Positions 50,743 through 62,349 of a stretch of 64,000 nt of DNA are shown here, piece after piece; positions within the stretch are counted from its first letter, which is position 1; each line of letters begins with the position of its first letter. Below the pieces are notes generated by a model that saw nothing but the letters and a program-made list of their open reading frames with translations, was not told the origin of the DNA and searched no databases. The DNA lies in assembly GCF_035084215.1 (NCBI RefSeq), contig NC_090345.1, positions 42,718,001-42,782,000 of the forward strand, written 5' to 3'. This DNA is from Heptranchias perlo. Taxonomy: Eukaryota. Position numbers and translations under genes: made by a program.

Positions 50743-52674
50743 TTGGAAAGGAAAAGAAAAGAGGACATAGCATAGATCCTTGACACCCTCACAATGCACA
50801 TCTCACCAATCTGAAATATATCCATTTACCCCCTACGCTTTGTCTTCTGCCTCTAGCCATGTCTCTGTCAATGTGACTACATTCTCTTTGATAGGATGTA
50901 CTTTAATTTTTGTAACAATTCAAACACCTTCTGAAATTCATATACACATCCACCACATTCCCTTTATTTATACAATGTGATTTCCTCAAAAAATGTAATT
51001 AATTTACAACCTGCCATTTACAAATCCATGCTGACTATCCCTGTTTAGCTTGTGCATCTCTAAGTGTTCATTAATTTTATTCCATAAGATGAACTATAAG
51101 CCTATAATTTTTTGCCGATTCCTTTCCTATTCCTTGAAAAGGATGTAACTTTTTGCTTCTCCCCAGTCTTTTGGCACAATTCTATTTATGAAGATTTTTG
51201 GAAAATTATGGTTAGTGTCTCAATTATCTCCTTCCCTACCTCCTTCAGTATTCTGGAACACATACCATTTGGACCTGGTGACTTTTCGACTTTTGATCAC
51301 ATTATCTTTTTTAATACAGTTTCCCCAGTCATTTGGATGCCTTCAGCTGTTATCCAACACACCACTTAGTACTATTTTTACAGTATACTCTTGCTATTTA
51401 GCTGTGTCTATAACATGATTTACAAAATAATAGTTACTAAACACTGTATCTTACAAATTACACACCTCTGTTTATGCAACAAATGCAGCTAAATCTCAGC
51501 ATTCCATACCACTCCTCAGAGTCAGTCTCTACATGTAAGCTGATGACACCCCGCTCTACTTCTCCACAACCATCCTTGACTCTAAGACCAGCGCTGTGTT
51601 GTCAGACTGCTAACCCAACATCACATTGTCAGTGAGCCAGAAATGTTGCCAATTGAACATTGGGAATACAGAAAGCCATTCTATTCAGCTCCTGCCAGGA
51701 ACTATTTCTGCCCAGGCCACATCCCCTCGCTGCCCAGGCTAAATCAGCTCATGCTGACTCATCCACCTCTATTACCAATTGATGGGTTCCTCAATGGATG
51801 GGTACATTAATAACCTGATTGAGCATTGCCCACTTCACTTGCAGCTGCTGCCTGGTTGAGAGACACTCTCTTGCCAAAAGGTGCTCCTCAGCTCTCCTTG
51901 GTTTTCCCCAACCCTGACAGTCTTTCGAAAGCTCTTTCCTTATTGTCCGTTCACCAAAAGTCTGTCACTGACCCAAACAGCTCTCCCCTAAACCCCAAGT
52001 ATTATATCTCCACAGCCTCCAACTCTGATAACACTTAGGGATTGGGCCCAATTTAGGTACTAAATCGTCTTCCCGTTTATATCAGACAATTCATAATTTG
52101 TTGTTGTTTGTGGTATACAATTTGTTGCTATTAAATGTCATTTATATCCATAATACAATGCAATAAAATGGTTTGATTTTCTGTCACTATTTGTTTTTAA
52201 AATGTAAAATATGGCTGGGGCACACTTCACTGATATACAGCATAGAGATCTCCATAGGGTGAATATATTAGCCATTATTTGTTTTTGACCTTGATGAATT
52301 TTACAGCAATACTCTTTTTAACTGAATGAGAGAAAGGTTCTGAGAATCAAAAACAAGGTTGTAATGTTTACTGATTCTCACTGCTGCCCCAATGAATAAC
52401 ATTACTGATCAATAAAAAGGAAAAACTGCAAATGTTGGAAATACACAACAGGTCAATCAGCATCTGTAAAGAGACAAGATGGGTTATGATGCTTCAGGCT
52501 TATACCCTTCTTCAGAACTGAAGGCTAAGAGATGAACAGGCATTTTCATAAGGTTGGAAAAAGAGCGACAAATGGAAGGACGAAAGTGGGGGAGAACCAA
52601 CAAATACAGCAATCAGAGAGGGAGTTAATGTATGAAACGAACTACAAACTGCAAGATAGAAAATGGGCAACATA

Positions 52675-53016
52675 AAGAAAGAACCTGCATTTATATAGTG
52701 CCTTTCATTACCTCAGAATGTCCCAAAGTGCTTTACAGCCAATTAAGTACTTTTGAAGTGCAGTCACTGCTATAATGTAGGAAACGCGGCAGCCATTTTG
52801 CACACAGTAAGGTCCCACAAATAGCAATGAGATAATGACCAGATAATTTAGTGATGCTGGTTGAAGGATAAATATCGGCCAGGACACTGGATGAAATCCC
52901 TTGCTCTTCTTCAAATCGTGCCAGGGGATCTTTTACGTCCACCTGAGAGGGCGGACGGGGCCTCGACTTTATGTCTCATCTGAAAGACGGCACCTCAGAC
53001 AGTGCAGCACTCCCAA
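52675..53016 (-). mobile_element. Deu-domain SINE
   Basis: Homologous to 58530-58880. Confidence 0.8.
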
Positions 53017-53029
53017 AGTCCTCACTCTC

Positions 53030-53270
53030 ATTAGACCCTTGGTTCCCCACTATTTCCATTGTGCTTTTTGTGTCTTCTACTGTGAAGACAAGATACAAAA
53101 TATTTGATTAACATCTCTGCCATTTCCTGATTTCCCATTATAATTTCTCCTGTCTCAGCCTCTAAGGGACCAACATTTACTTTTGCTACTCTCTTCCTTT
53201 TTACATACTTGTAGAAGCTCTTACAATCCACTTTTATATTTCTTGCTAGTTTATTTCATATTCTTTCCTA
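53030..53270 (-). mobile_element. CR1 ORF2 internal fragment
   Basis: DCKSFYKYVKRKRVAKVNVGPL, homologous to 62960-63190. Confidence 0.85.
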
Positions 53271-53899
53271 TACTTTCATATTAAGCAGGTTGGTCAGGTT
53301 ACTGCTCTGGTTCAGTTCAACTTTGTGGCTTTAAAGGGATAGGTGATGTTAAACACAGTTCTACTTTAGCTAGACAGCTTTTCTCAAGAAAAGGTATTTT
53401 TTACACCTATTAGCTATCAAAACTCAAACAATTCCCTACCATTATGCACCTGTTGTTACAAAACAACATATCCTTTCATGTACTGTGAGCAATACTAGTG
53501 AAGATGCACTAGTAATTAAAAATAGGTGTATTCTATAAATACTTTTGAGTTTTGACTTTCAGCATTTAAATTCCACACCTTTTTTCTTTCCTGTAAAATC
53601 AACAAAGCATACCTCTTTCATTATCATTCTGCTTTACAAATGCTTAAAAGCCAATCAAATAAAATTAGATTAGATAACTATACAGAGCCAAAGAGAATAA
53701 TTAATAATAGCACGAGGTAATCTAAAACATTGCAATTTTCAAAGAAATCATGATGCCAGATCATACTTGAAGAGGGCATCATGAACAGGAAGTGGCAGAT
53801 ACATTGTAGGTTAGGCTATTGTAGGATAAAGCTCTCAAATTCGCCAGTGTAGTTATACAAAATAATATACATGTATTTTTTAAAATTTGCCTCTCAGCC

Positions 53900-54037
53900 T
53901 GTATAATCTGGTAACTCCCACTACCTGCCTTTCACTCAGTGAATGTGCTGGTGCAAACTGTGACCTCGTCCCATAATCCCTCGGCAGGGTAAACAAGCGC
54001 TCGGGCTGCAGGAACTGAAGTGACACCCGGTAGCGGA
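53900..54037 (+). promoter_or_regulatory. TFAM promoter / 5'UTR at the start of a CpG-rich region
   Basis: ZNF143/Staf-like TCCCATAATCCCTCGG at 53969-53984, a TGACCT half-site at 53961-53966, and CpG enrichment from about 53960 to 54270. Confidence 0.6.
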
Positions 54038-54117
54038 ATGGTGACCGTCGTGTCTCTGAGTGTTGGTTTGCTCGGTAGAAGGTTAGGAGGGCTGCTGAGC
54101 TGGCCGTGGGCTGCGAG
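54038..54117 (+). CDS. TFAM: TFAM coding exon 1 (mitochondrial targeting peptide)
   Basis: ggaATGG...GCG AG|gtgagt = MVTVVSLSVGLLGRRLGGLLSWPWAA(S); no acidic residues, Arg present, presequence-like. The phase-2 donor fits exon 2. Confidence 0.82.
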
Positions 54118-54621
54118 GTGAGTGCGGTAAACGGGCGGCGGCGGGGGCGGGATGATAGCCGCTTGCAGCTCCCGCGCGCCTAATGCAAGAAACATCGGCG
54201 AGCGCTGGGCCCGGGGCTCGAGGCCATTGTCCCTGGACCCGCCGCGCGCTCCGTCTGGGCTCGGGTTCCATTCATTGCAACAACATTGTAACAAGAAGCA
54301 GAATCTGTTACATTCTCGTCTCTGGTGCTGTTGTAACTTCCTACTAATGAAGCTGGTGAGAAACAGGGGGATGGGTCTGATGGTCTACACCCGAACCCTT
54401 AACCTATCCTTTCTCTTCACAAATGTCTAGCCCGCTCTGAATGTCCAACATTTTCTGTTTACTCTGAAATATCGTCTCTCCCCTTCCCCCCCCCCCCCAA
54501 AAAAAAACATAACCATCCACCCCCTTCCGAAAAATATAGCCCTCTTCGCCCCCCCCCCCCAAAAAATTAATAACCCTCTTTGCAACCCCCCCCCCCCACC
54601 ACCAAAAAAAAATAACCACCT

Positions 54622-54957
54622 TTGGTGCTTCTCAGCATCATTTCGATATGTTAAACCGCGGCCCTGTCTGCCGGTTCATTTGGATGTAAAAGTTCTAAGG
54701 CACTTTTTTCGAATGAGAGCCAGCAATTTTCCTCTCCCAGTTAACATTGATCCCTTAACCAACACCACCTGAAAAAACCTCCAGATTATCTGGTGGTTCA
54801 TGCATTTGTTGTTTGTGGGACTTGGCAGTGTTCAAATTGGCTGCTGTGTTTACCTACATAACAACAGTGATTATATTTCAAAGGTAACCCACTGGCTGTG
54901 ATGTGCTTTGGGAATTACTTAGTTAATAATAAGTTGCTACATAGATGCAAGTTCTTT
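54622..54957 (+). mobile_element. Deu-domain SINE, diverged, TFAM intron 1
   Basis: Core and tail as in 6880-7268. Confidence 0.7.
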
Positions 54958-55602
54958 GTTTTGGTCATTTTGGAATACACTGTTATATATATCCCTAAAT
55001 TATCAAATTAGATCAGAGAGGAGGATGGATTAGTTGGGCATAGATAGTTCAAGGAGGAATATTGTTGGTGACTTTGTATAGGGTGGTCTTGATACTGAAA
55101 ACAACGAGAGACTAGCAGAAAGAGAAAAAGAGTAAGATGCAAATGAACAGATCCAGACATCAAAATTGCATGAGAGCCATATAGAAAGAGTAAACTACAA
55201 CCAGAAAGACAGAGAGGACACAGAAAAAACTGGTGAGTGGGGGAAAAAAGCAGAGAAACAATTACAGGACGAGAGTTATAATTTTTTTTGGTCTGTGATT
55301 AATGCCATGGGAAATGCATCTTTTATAAGGAGGGAGTTTCTTGCCTCAAAAAATTGGTATGAAGGTGTCCTACTCCATTCCTGCTACTCAAAACCCCAAC
55401 AATACATTCAGCTTTTTTAAATGAAGAGTTTTGTTGCCATGTCACTGTGTTCCAATTCCACTAGGCCTTAAAATAAACCTGCTTCGCACCAGATTGATTG
55501 GTCAACACTGCACTTCCCCCTACATGGGATTAATGTTACTGTAACCTCTTGACAGGTCACAGATATTCTCACAATCAAAATACTTTGGGGAGATTTATTA
55601 AT

Positions 55603-56002
55603 TGCGCTCTTGCTTTTGAGTCAGAAGGTCGTGGCTTGAAGCCCTACTCTAGGACTTGAGCACATAATCTAGGCTGATATTTTAGTGCAGTGTGAAGGAG
55701 TGCTGCATTGTCAAAGGTGCCGTTTTTCAGTGGATGTGAAAGATCTCATGGCTTTGTTCAAAGAAGAGCGGGGGGATTTCTCCCACTGTCCTAACCAACA
55801 TTTATGCCTCAATGAACAGCACCAAAAATAGATTTACTGGTCATTCATTTCATTGCTGTTTGTGGGACCTTACTGCGTACAAATTGGCTGCCGTGTTTGC
55901 CAGCAAAACAACAGTAACTGCACTTTAAAAGTAATTAATTGGCTGTGAAACACTTTTGGACTTCCTGAGGATGTGAAAGGTGCTATATCCATGCAAGTCT
56001 TG
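55603..56002 (+). mobile_element. Deu-domain SINE, TFAM intron 1
   Basis: tRNA-like head plus core plus tail. Confidence 0.78.
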
Positions 56003-56889
56003 TTAGAAAATGCCAGTCTTATGAACAATGTGCTTGACAGATTGAAGGTTATAACTGTTATGTTTTTGAGTGTTTTTGCCCTGAATATATTTTTGTCTGA
56101 CCATTCTCATAAATGAGCCCTTGGTCCTTATGTGCTTGAGTGTTCACACTTGCTCCAATATCAAGGTACATTCTGATAGCATGCCTAGAATAATGAATCG
56201 AAAACCTTTCTTTAGATTTGCTTTGATTACTGGTTCTATCCAGTGCCTCCACAGGATCCTCCTTGAGACTTTGGTAAGCAGCAGACCATCTCAACACTAG
56301 ATTTTATTTTTTAGTTGGGCTTTAATTGCCAACCAAAGTTATCAAATAAATAACAGTAATTAATATATATTTACAGTAGATGCTAGACTGTGCTAACTCC
56401 TCATGCAAGAAAAAGTAAATGGTTTGCAAACACTGTCAAACTATATTTTATAATTAACTTTTATATATTTACATAGCTGTTTGTTTATATTCCCATCAAC
56501 TACAGAAGTGCCCATTTAGCTGATCTGTGTGACAGATTCTATTCATGTAGCTTCACAAACTCCAAATCAGACTCCAGGCTAATTAACTATCCCTGAAACA
56601 GTTGCCAAGGCTTTGTGGAATTTGAATAGCTGTCTCTCAAAATTCAAAAAGAAACTGCCAACCAAACACCTATCTGAATCAGTGACACAGCATGTTTGAA
56701 TTGTGTGGTTTGGTTACTTCCTCAAGCAAATCACCTGGAAACAGATGAATAATCATTGCAGCATTTGTATTGATTTAGTCTGGGACGCAGTTTCTGTGAG
56801 AGCAGCTGGTTTTTAACTGCTTATGTATGGTGAGCCGATTATTTTTAAAGTATCTATTCTCGGCTGACAGTTAACGGCCATACCTAGTT

Positions 56890-57220
56890 ACCCTGATGTA
56901 GCAGTTTGATGCAACTGTGGGTCGTTCAGCCACTTTGGAGGGCAGGTAAGAGCCAACCACGTTGGTGTGGGACTGGAGTCACATATAGGCCAGACTGGGC
57001 AAGGGCAACAGGTTTCCTTCCCTAAAGGACATTAGTGAACCAGTTGGCATTTTATGACAATCAGACAGCTTTATGGTCACTTTTACTGATACCAGCTTTT
57101 TAAAAAATTTCCAGATCTTTAAAACTGAATTTATGGTGGGATTTGAATTCAAGTTTTATATTATTAGTCCAGGTCTCTGGATTACTGGTCCAATAACATA
57201 ACCACTACACTACCGTACCC
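56890..57220 (-). mobile_element. V-SINE (HE1-like)
   Basis: Reverse complement has a tRNA head and the V-domain-type string GATTGTCATAAAATGCCAACTGGTTCACTAATGTCCTTTAGGGAAGGAAACCTG. A second diverged copy lies at ~19505-19705. Confidence 0.75.
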
Positions 57221-57591
57221 AAGCTGATACCAAGCTAGGATTAGACAAATATCTTTGTCCCATTTACTCATGAGAGACATATTTAGCTCACTGAGTTATT
57301 TACCCTGCCTCAATCATTGTGTCCCTTCTCTCCTGACAAAGGCTTTACAAATCACTTATAACTTCCTTTCTCTCTCATGGTTTTAGGTTTTGCTCAATGC
57401 ACTGATTTTCTTTGCATCCCATTGTATTATGTAGCCACTAAAACTTCTTTTGTGAATGGTCCATATTGTAGTTACGACTAACAGAAGATTTCTAACCGGT
57501 GTTGAATGGAAGTACACTTTTTCCATCTTGTTAGTTTTGTATTGCCATTTAATAGAGAATTGTAACAGCAATGTTTCTTTATCTGATACAG

Positions 57592-57725
57592 TTGCAGCAG
57601 TGTGTGCTCAGCAGTAAGAAGATTGTCATTGGATAAGTCTCCCTTCACCCCTCCGAAGCGACCACTGAATGCTTATCTGCACTACGTGGTGGAACAGCAA
57701 CGTGTTTTATTTAAACAGAGTTCAG
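57592..57725 (+). CDS. TFAM: TFAM coding exon 2 (start of HMG box A)
   Basis: gatacag|T TGC AGC...TCA G|gtaaaa = CSSVCSAVRRLSLDKSPFTPPKRPLNAYLHYVVEQQRVLFKQSS; contains the PKRPxxAY HMG-box signature; 134 nt. Confidence 0.9.
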
Positions 57726-57811
57726 GTAAAAAAAATTCTAAATGGGAACCATTTTAGTAATAAAGGATATGACATACCTCAGGCTTGAGACCATATGTCT
57801 AACTGTTTTAT

Positions 57812-58126
57812 TGGCAGAAGAATTTTTTCCCAATGTTCTGGCTGTGAATCTTCTTTCAACCAGCATTGAAAAGTGTGAAGACTTGGTTGTATCTCTCCAT
57901 TTTTATTTCAACCATCGTGTCCTGACCAATATTTATCGCTCAAACAACATCACTTTTATAAAAAAAACTGATGATCTGGTAATTTATCTCACTGATATTT
58001 GTGAGACCTTGCTGCCGTGTTTCCTACATTACAACAGTAACTACACTTCAAAAATACTTCATTGGCTGTAAAGCACTCCGGGGCATCCTGAGGTTGTGAA
58101 AGACGCTATAGAAATGCACGTCTTTC
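57812..58126 (+). mobile_element. Deu-domain SINE 3' part, TFAM intron 2
   Basis: CCTGACCAATATTTATCGCTC...CTATAGAAATGCACGTC. Confidence 0.65.
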
Positions 58127-58529
58127 CTGTCATTCTGTTAATTATAATTGTTTCTGTGTATTGGTGTTGCACTGAATCTCCATCAATACAACAGCTGGGG
58201 CCATTCAGTAACTTGTGAGTTGCCTATGGTTATTTTGTGATTCGTTAATCTTGATGTGAGAGATGCAGATTGGCCACAATAAAACAGGCAGCTTTCGTTC
58301 CATTCTGATCTGGTAAAATTTAAATGGATCACGACATCAGGAGGGAATATACACCAGTAAACCAGGATGATGTGAATTGGAGTTTTGTTTGTTGAGTATT
58401 TCTGGAGTAAAGCAAGATTAGTGTAATTATGTATATAATTCTGGTAAATTTTGCAGAGATTCAGTGAAACCTACCGACAACATTTACACATCTAAATGCT
58501 TTTTATCACTGAAACAGATAAATTGAATC

Positions 58530-58992
58530 AGAAAGAAAAGAAAGACTTGCATTTATATAGTGCCTTTCACGGCCTCAGGATGTCCCAAAGTACTTTACAG
58601 CCAATGAAGTACTTTTGAAGTGTAGTCACTGTTGTAATGTTGGAAACGTAGCAGCCAATTTGCGCACAGAAAGGTCCCACAAATAGAAATATGATAATGA
58701 CCAGATAATATATTTTAGTGATGTTGGTTGAGGGATAAATATTGGTCAGGACACTGGGAGAATTCTCCTGCTCTTCTTCGAATAGTGCCATGAGATCTGT
58801 TACATCCAGGGTAGACCAGGCCTCGGTTTAACGTCTCATCTGAAAGACGGCACCTCCAACAGTGCAACATTCCCTCAGTACTTCATGGGAGTGCCAGCAT
58901 CGATTATGTGCTCAAGTCTCTGGAGTGGGACTTGAACCAATAACCTTCTGACTCAGAGACATGAGTGCTACTAACTGAGCCACAGCTGACAC
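58530..58992 (-). mobile_element. Near full-length Deu-domain SINE
   Basis: Complete head (A/B boxes), core and L2-type tail ending in (TTTC)n on the minus strand. Confidence 0.88.
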
Positions 58993-59365
58993 CATGAACC
59001 ATCAGATACATGGCATTTTTCAGTATAGGAATTGATAAGTTGAAAACGATACCTGCATTTTACTAACTGCTGATAATCCAGCTCTATTATGACTGCAATT
59101 CACTTACTGGTCCAGGCACTTGTGAATTGCAATGGATATTTATAGTATATATCAACTCAACATCTCCCCCTCCTGAGCAAAAGTTTCTCAATGCTTTTTC
59201 GCATGCAGATGGCTAAGAACCCACTCCTCACTTTTTTTTTGCATTGTTGTAACCAGGTCTAAGAAACGCATTTTGACATTTTAGTGACATCAGCGCAGTC
59301 AGTGGAAGTCTGCATTTAAGAATTTTCAGCTGAAACCTACAGCCCTAATTAAAATAAGTAACATT

Positions 59366-60029
59366 ATGGCCTGCAGTTTCCTCCGCATTTGCGCCCAGAG
59401 AGACGGGTAACCGGGGCGCAAACCAATTCCGTGGCTTATAGGATCGCGAAATTTTGGGCGTAACTGTGTTATGTGCCTAACTACAATACGTCCAAATCAC
59501 CTCGATCTTTTACGTCAGTCCGAATGAATCTCCGCCCATAAAGCTGACCACGCCCACAAACTCTCATACGAGTTAACAATGTGACTAGATTTTCGAGGCG
59601 CAGCAGGAAAGTAAGTCATTTTTTTGGTCTATTAATTGCAACTTTTTGATCGTTTTTTTTCCTTCAAATTTATCCTAACTGCGACCGGCTCTGTGTTTTC
59701 TGTTTCTTTGAATGGATTTTTATGGCATGAGTACAAGTCATGTTAAAAATTGGAAAGCTTCTCCGATTGCAGGTTCCTGAACATGCTGTGCCTGATGTGC
59801 ATGAATGATGGTTGAATGAGTTGAAACTTAAATTTAAAGAAGAAAAAAACATTGTGGGTTCGACGCTTTCCTTGGGCTCCGATTGTCTACACTGATTTAC
59901 GCCCATTTTAAGTTCAAACATACTCCAGTGAGATTGAGAGGATACTTGGGCGTAATTTGACATCGGCAAATTGGGCACATTTCCAGGTCTAAGTTCCAGG
60001 TTGCACCCACAGAGGAAACTCCAGGCCAT
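59366..60029. mobile_element. MITE / non-autonomous DNA transposon in TFAM intron 2
   Basis: TIRs ATGGCCTGCAGTTTCCTC and GAGGAAACTCCAGGCCAT (17/18 match). Confidence 0.8.
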
Positions 60030-60117
60030 TGTACTTTTACATTACCTACTGATTATTAGCCAATACCATGAAGTCATTTTTTTTGACCTTGTTATAATGG
60101 ACATTATCTCTTTCCAG

Positions 60118-60188
60118 ATCTAAAGATGGTAGAAAAAACAAAGTGGATTGCTCAGGCATGGAGACAATTAACGGCAGATCAGAAACAA
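60118..60188 (+). CDS. TFAM: TFAM coding exon 3
   Basis: tttccag|AT CTA AAG...AAA CAA|gtaagt = (D)LKMVEKTKWIAQAWRQLTADQKQ; 71 nt; HMG helix 2 with the conserved W. Confidence 0.93.
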
Positions 60189-60409
60189 GTAAGTGCTTTC
60201 CTTTTGCTGTTCGGGGGTTATGGGCAAGAACTGGATCTTGTGAAATGGCCGAAAACCAACAAATTTCTGAAATTTGTAATCGTTGTTTAAAAAAAAAAGG
60301 TGCTCTCTCACTCAATGCTGCTGTTTAGTTCATTATCAAAAAGGCTGTCTGTATTTGCTTACCTGGAAGTATTTTAGAATAACTGAGAATGTAACCGTCT
60401 TCCTTCCAG

Positions 60410-60559
60410 CCATATGAAATTGCAGCAAATGATGGTAAATTAAAATATAAAGAGGAACTGGCAGCCTTCAAAGCTAAACTCACTCCAGCTCAATTGGCCG
60501 GTTTGAAGGAAGAGAGGAGACAAAAACTGGCCAAACGGAGAACAATGAGGCAAAAACGA
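60410..60559 (+). CDS. TFAM: TFAM coding exon 4 (helix 3 and basic linker); gene continues beyond the window
   Basis: ttccag|CCA TAT GAA...AAA CGA|gtaagt = PYEIAANDGKLKYKEELAAFKAKLTPAQLAGLKEERRQKLAKRRTMRQKR; 150 nt. Confidence 0.93.
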
Positions 60560-60562
60560 GTA

Positions 60563-60892
60563 AGTACTAAATCAACAATGTATCCTAGTGGGCCATAAAA
60601 TACTCTGCGTAGTACTAAATCAGAATTGTATCGTGATAGGCCTTAAAATACTCTGGGGAGTACAAATCAGAATTGTATCGTGATAGGCCTTAAAATACTC
60701 AGGGGAGTACTGTATCCTGACAGGCCATAATACACTCGGTGTTAGGGGGGACATTAAATCAGCAATGTGCACTGAGACCATAAAATGCTCGGGGGACATA
60801 CTAAATCTGCAATGTATGCTGATAAGACCATAAAACACTCTTAGGGAGTACTAAATCAGCATTGTATACTGATGGACCATAAAATACTGTGG
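60563..60892. repeat. Degenerate ~48-bp tandem repeat (~7 copies) at the start of TFAM intron 4
   Basis: Units resembling AGTACTAAATCAGAATTGTATCGTGATAGGCCTTAAAATACTCTGGGG start near 60563, 60611, 60659, 60706, 60750, 60795 and 60847. Confidence 0.9.
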
Positions 60893-62349
60893 GATAGCAT
60901 ATTTTTCAGCAAAGTAGTTGTGCTGTTTTGTGTTGAAAAAAAATTTGAAATTTGGATAGGAAATATTGTGGTGCCATATCTTACAGACGGCTGTTCGTGT
61001 TAATGGATCTTCAGTAGTTTCTTCAGAATCGCCATTTCACATTGGTAACAATGTACCAGAACTTGTCTTTAAAATCTGTTTTGCTGCACAAAATAATCAT
61101 CGGTCCAGTTATGTTGACAAGTGCAGTATTTAGTTTAAAATGCTATCTGACATTTTTCCAATTAGTATACTGAGCAATTTGCTCTTTACAAAATCTTGTG
61201 TTAATTATGTATAAACCACTTCAAGCAATAAAATGTGAAAGTGTGTTGTTAGTCACAGAACTATGGTGGTTGAGCCCTGTACTGTAAGATGTTCTATTCA
61301 TTGCCAAAAATATAGGTGTTGAATAACTATCTTTTAGAACCTGTGTTATTTGAATTACTAGTACAGTGCATTGGTTGCATGTATCGCCTATTTTAATAGG
61401 TGGTTTTGTTGAAAGTAAATGTTATGGAAAAGCCTGTAGTTGCCGTGCTGGAGCACTGAGTTGTCAATTAAAGAGAGTAGTTTGAGTCCCAATCTTGACT
61501 GATATCTACTCAATGCCCATTATTGGGCGTTAGGTTTGACAGTTTTGACTGTGTGCTCTGAGAGAAAGAAGCCTGACGGGGGAGAAAATCTCTTCCTTGT
61601 GAATAGGCTAGATTACAGGCATTGTTATAGCCCAAGAAAATATGTTCTTGCTAAATGTGGACAACAGCGTAGATATAAGTTGTTTAATTTCCGAGCCCCA
61701 TTTTCCCTGACGTATGCTTTGTATTGTTTCCCTCCGTGCTCCTTGTTGTGGCTTCAGTGTCGATCTTGTGTTTTTCCCTATCGTGTCCCTTTCCTTTCAC
61801 CATTCCCGTCAGCTTCATTCCCAATTGTTGGCCCTTACCGCTGTTTATTTTCATCCTGTAATATCACCTTGATGCTGATTGCATTCTACTGTCCAATGTT
61901 CCTCTCTGCCCTGTAACATTCTGCTCTGCTTGCACGCACTACGTAAGTTCCCCCTCCGCTGGGTCCTGACTATCTGCCTCCCATTCATTCTCTGGGATAA
62001 CTTCCCCATATTGCTGTTTATCATGACCCCTATTACTTTTTCCCCTCCTAATATTAACCTTGCCCTCCAATGTCCTGGTCTGCCACCCAATATCCCCACC
62101 TTCCCTTCTGTTCGCCTAATAGTCTGTGGCCTCGACTGTGGGCCTGTGACCCCGTAGCAACACTCTTTTTGTCTCATAATATTGTCCTCTGCTTTCTGCT
62201 TCGTAACACCTGTCTCTGCTCCTCCAACATCTAACATACCCCTCTGACCCCTTAATGCCCTCACGTCTTGCTCTAGCTCAATATGTAACATCCTGATGCT
62301 CACTTCATTAAAATGATTGTCTTCCTCTATTGCCCCTTTTATGCTGTTG

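Noticed and set aside
58900-58992. tRNA-like A/B boxes (also 190-268 and 37750-37830)
   Set aside because: These are SINE heads continuing into SINE bodies; no complete cloverleaf.
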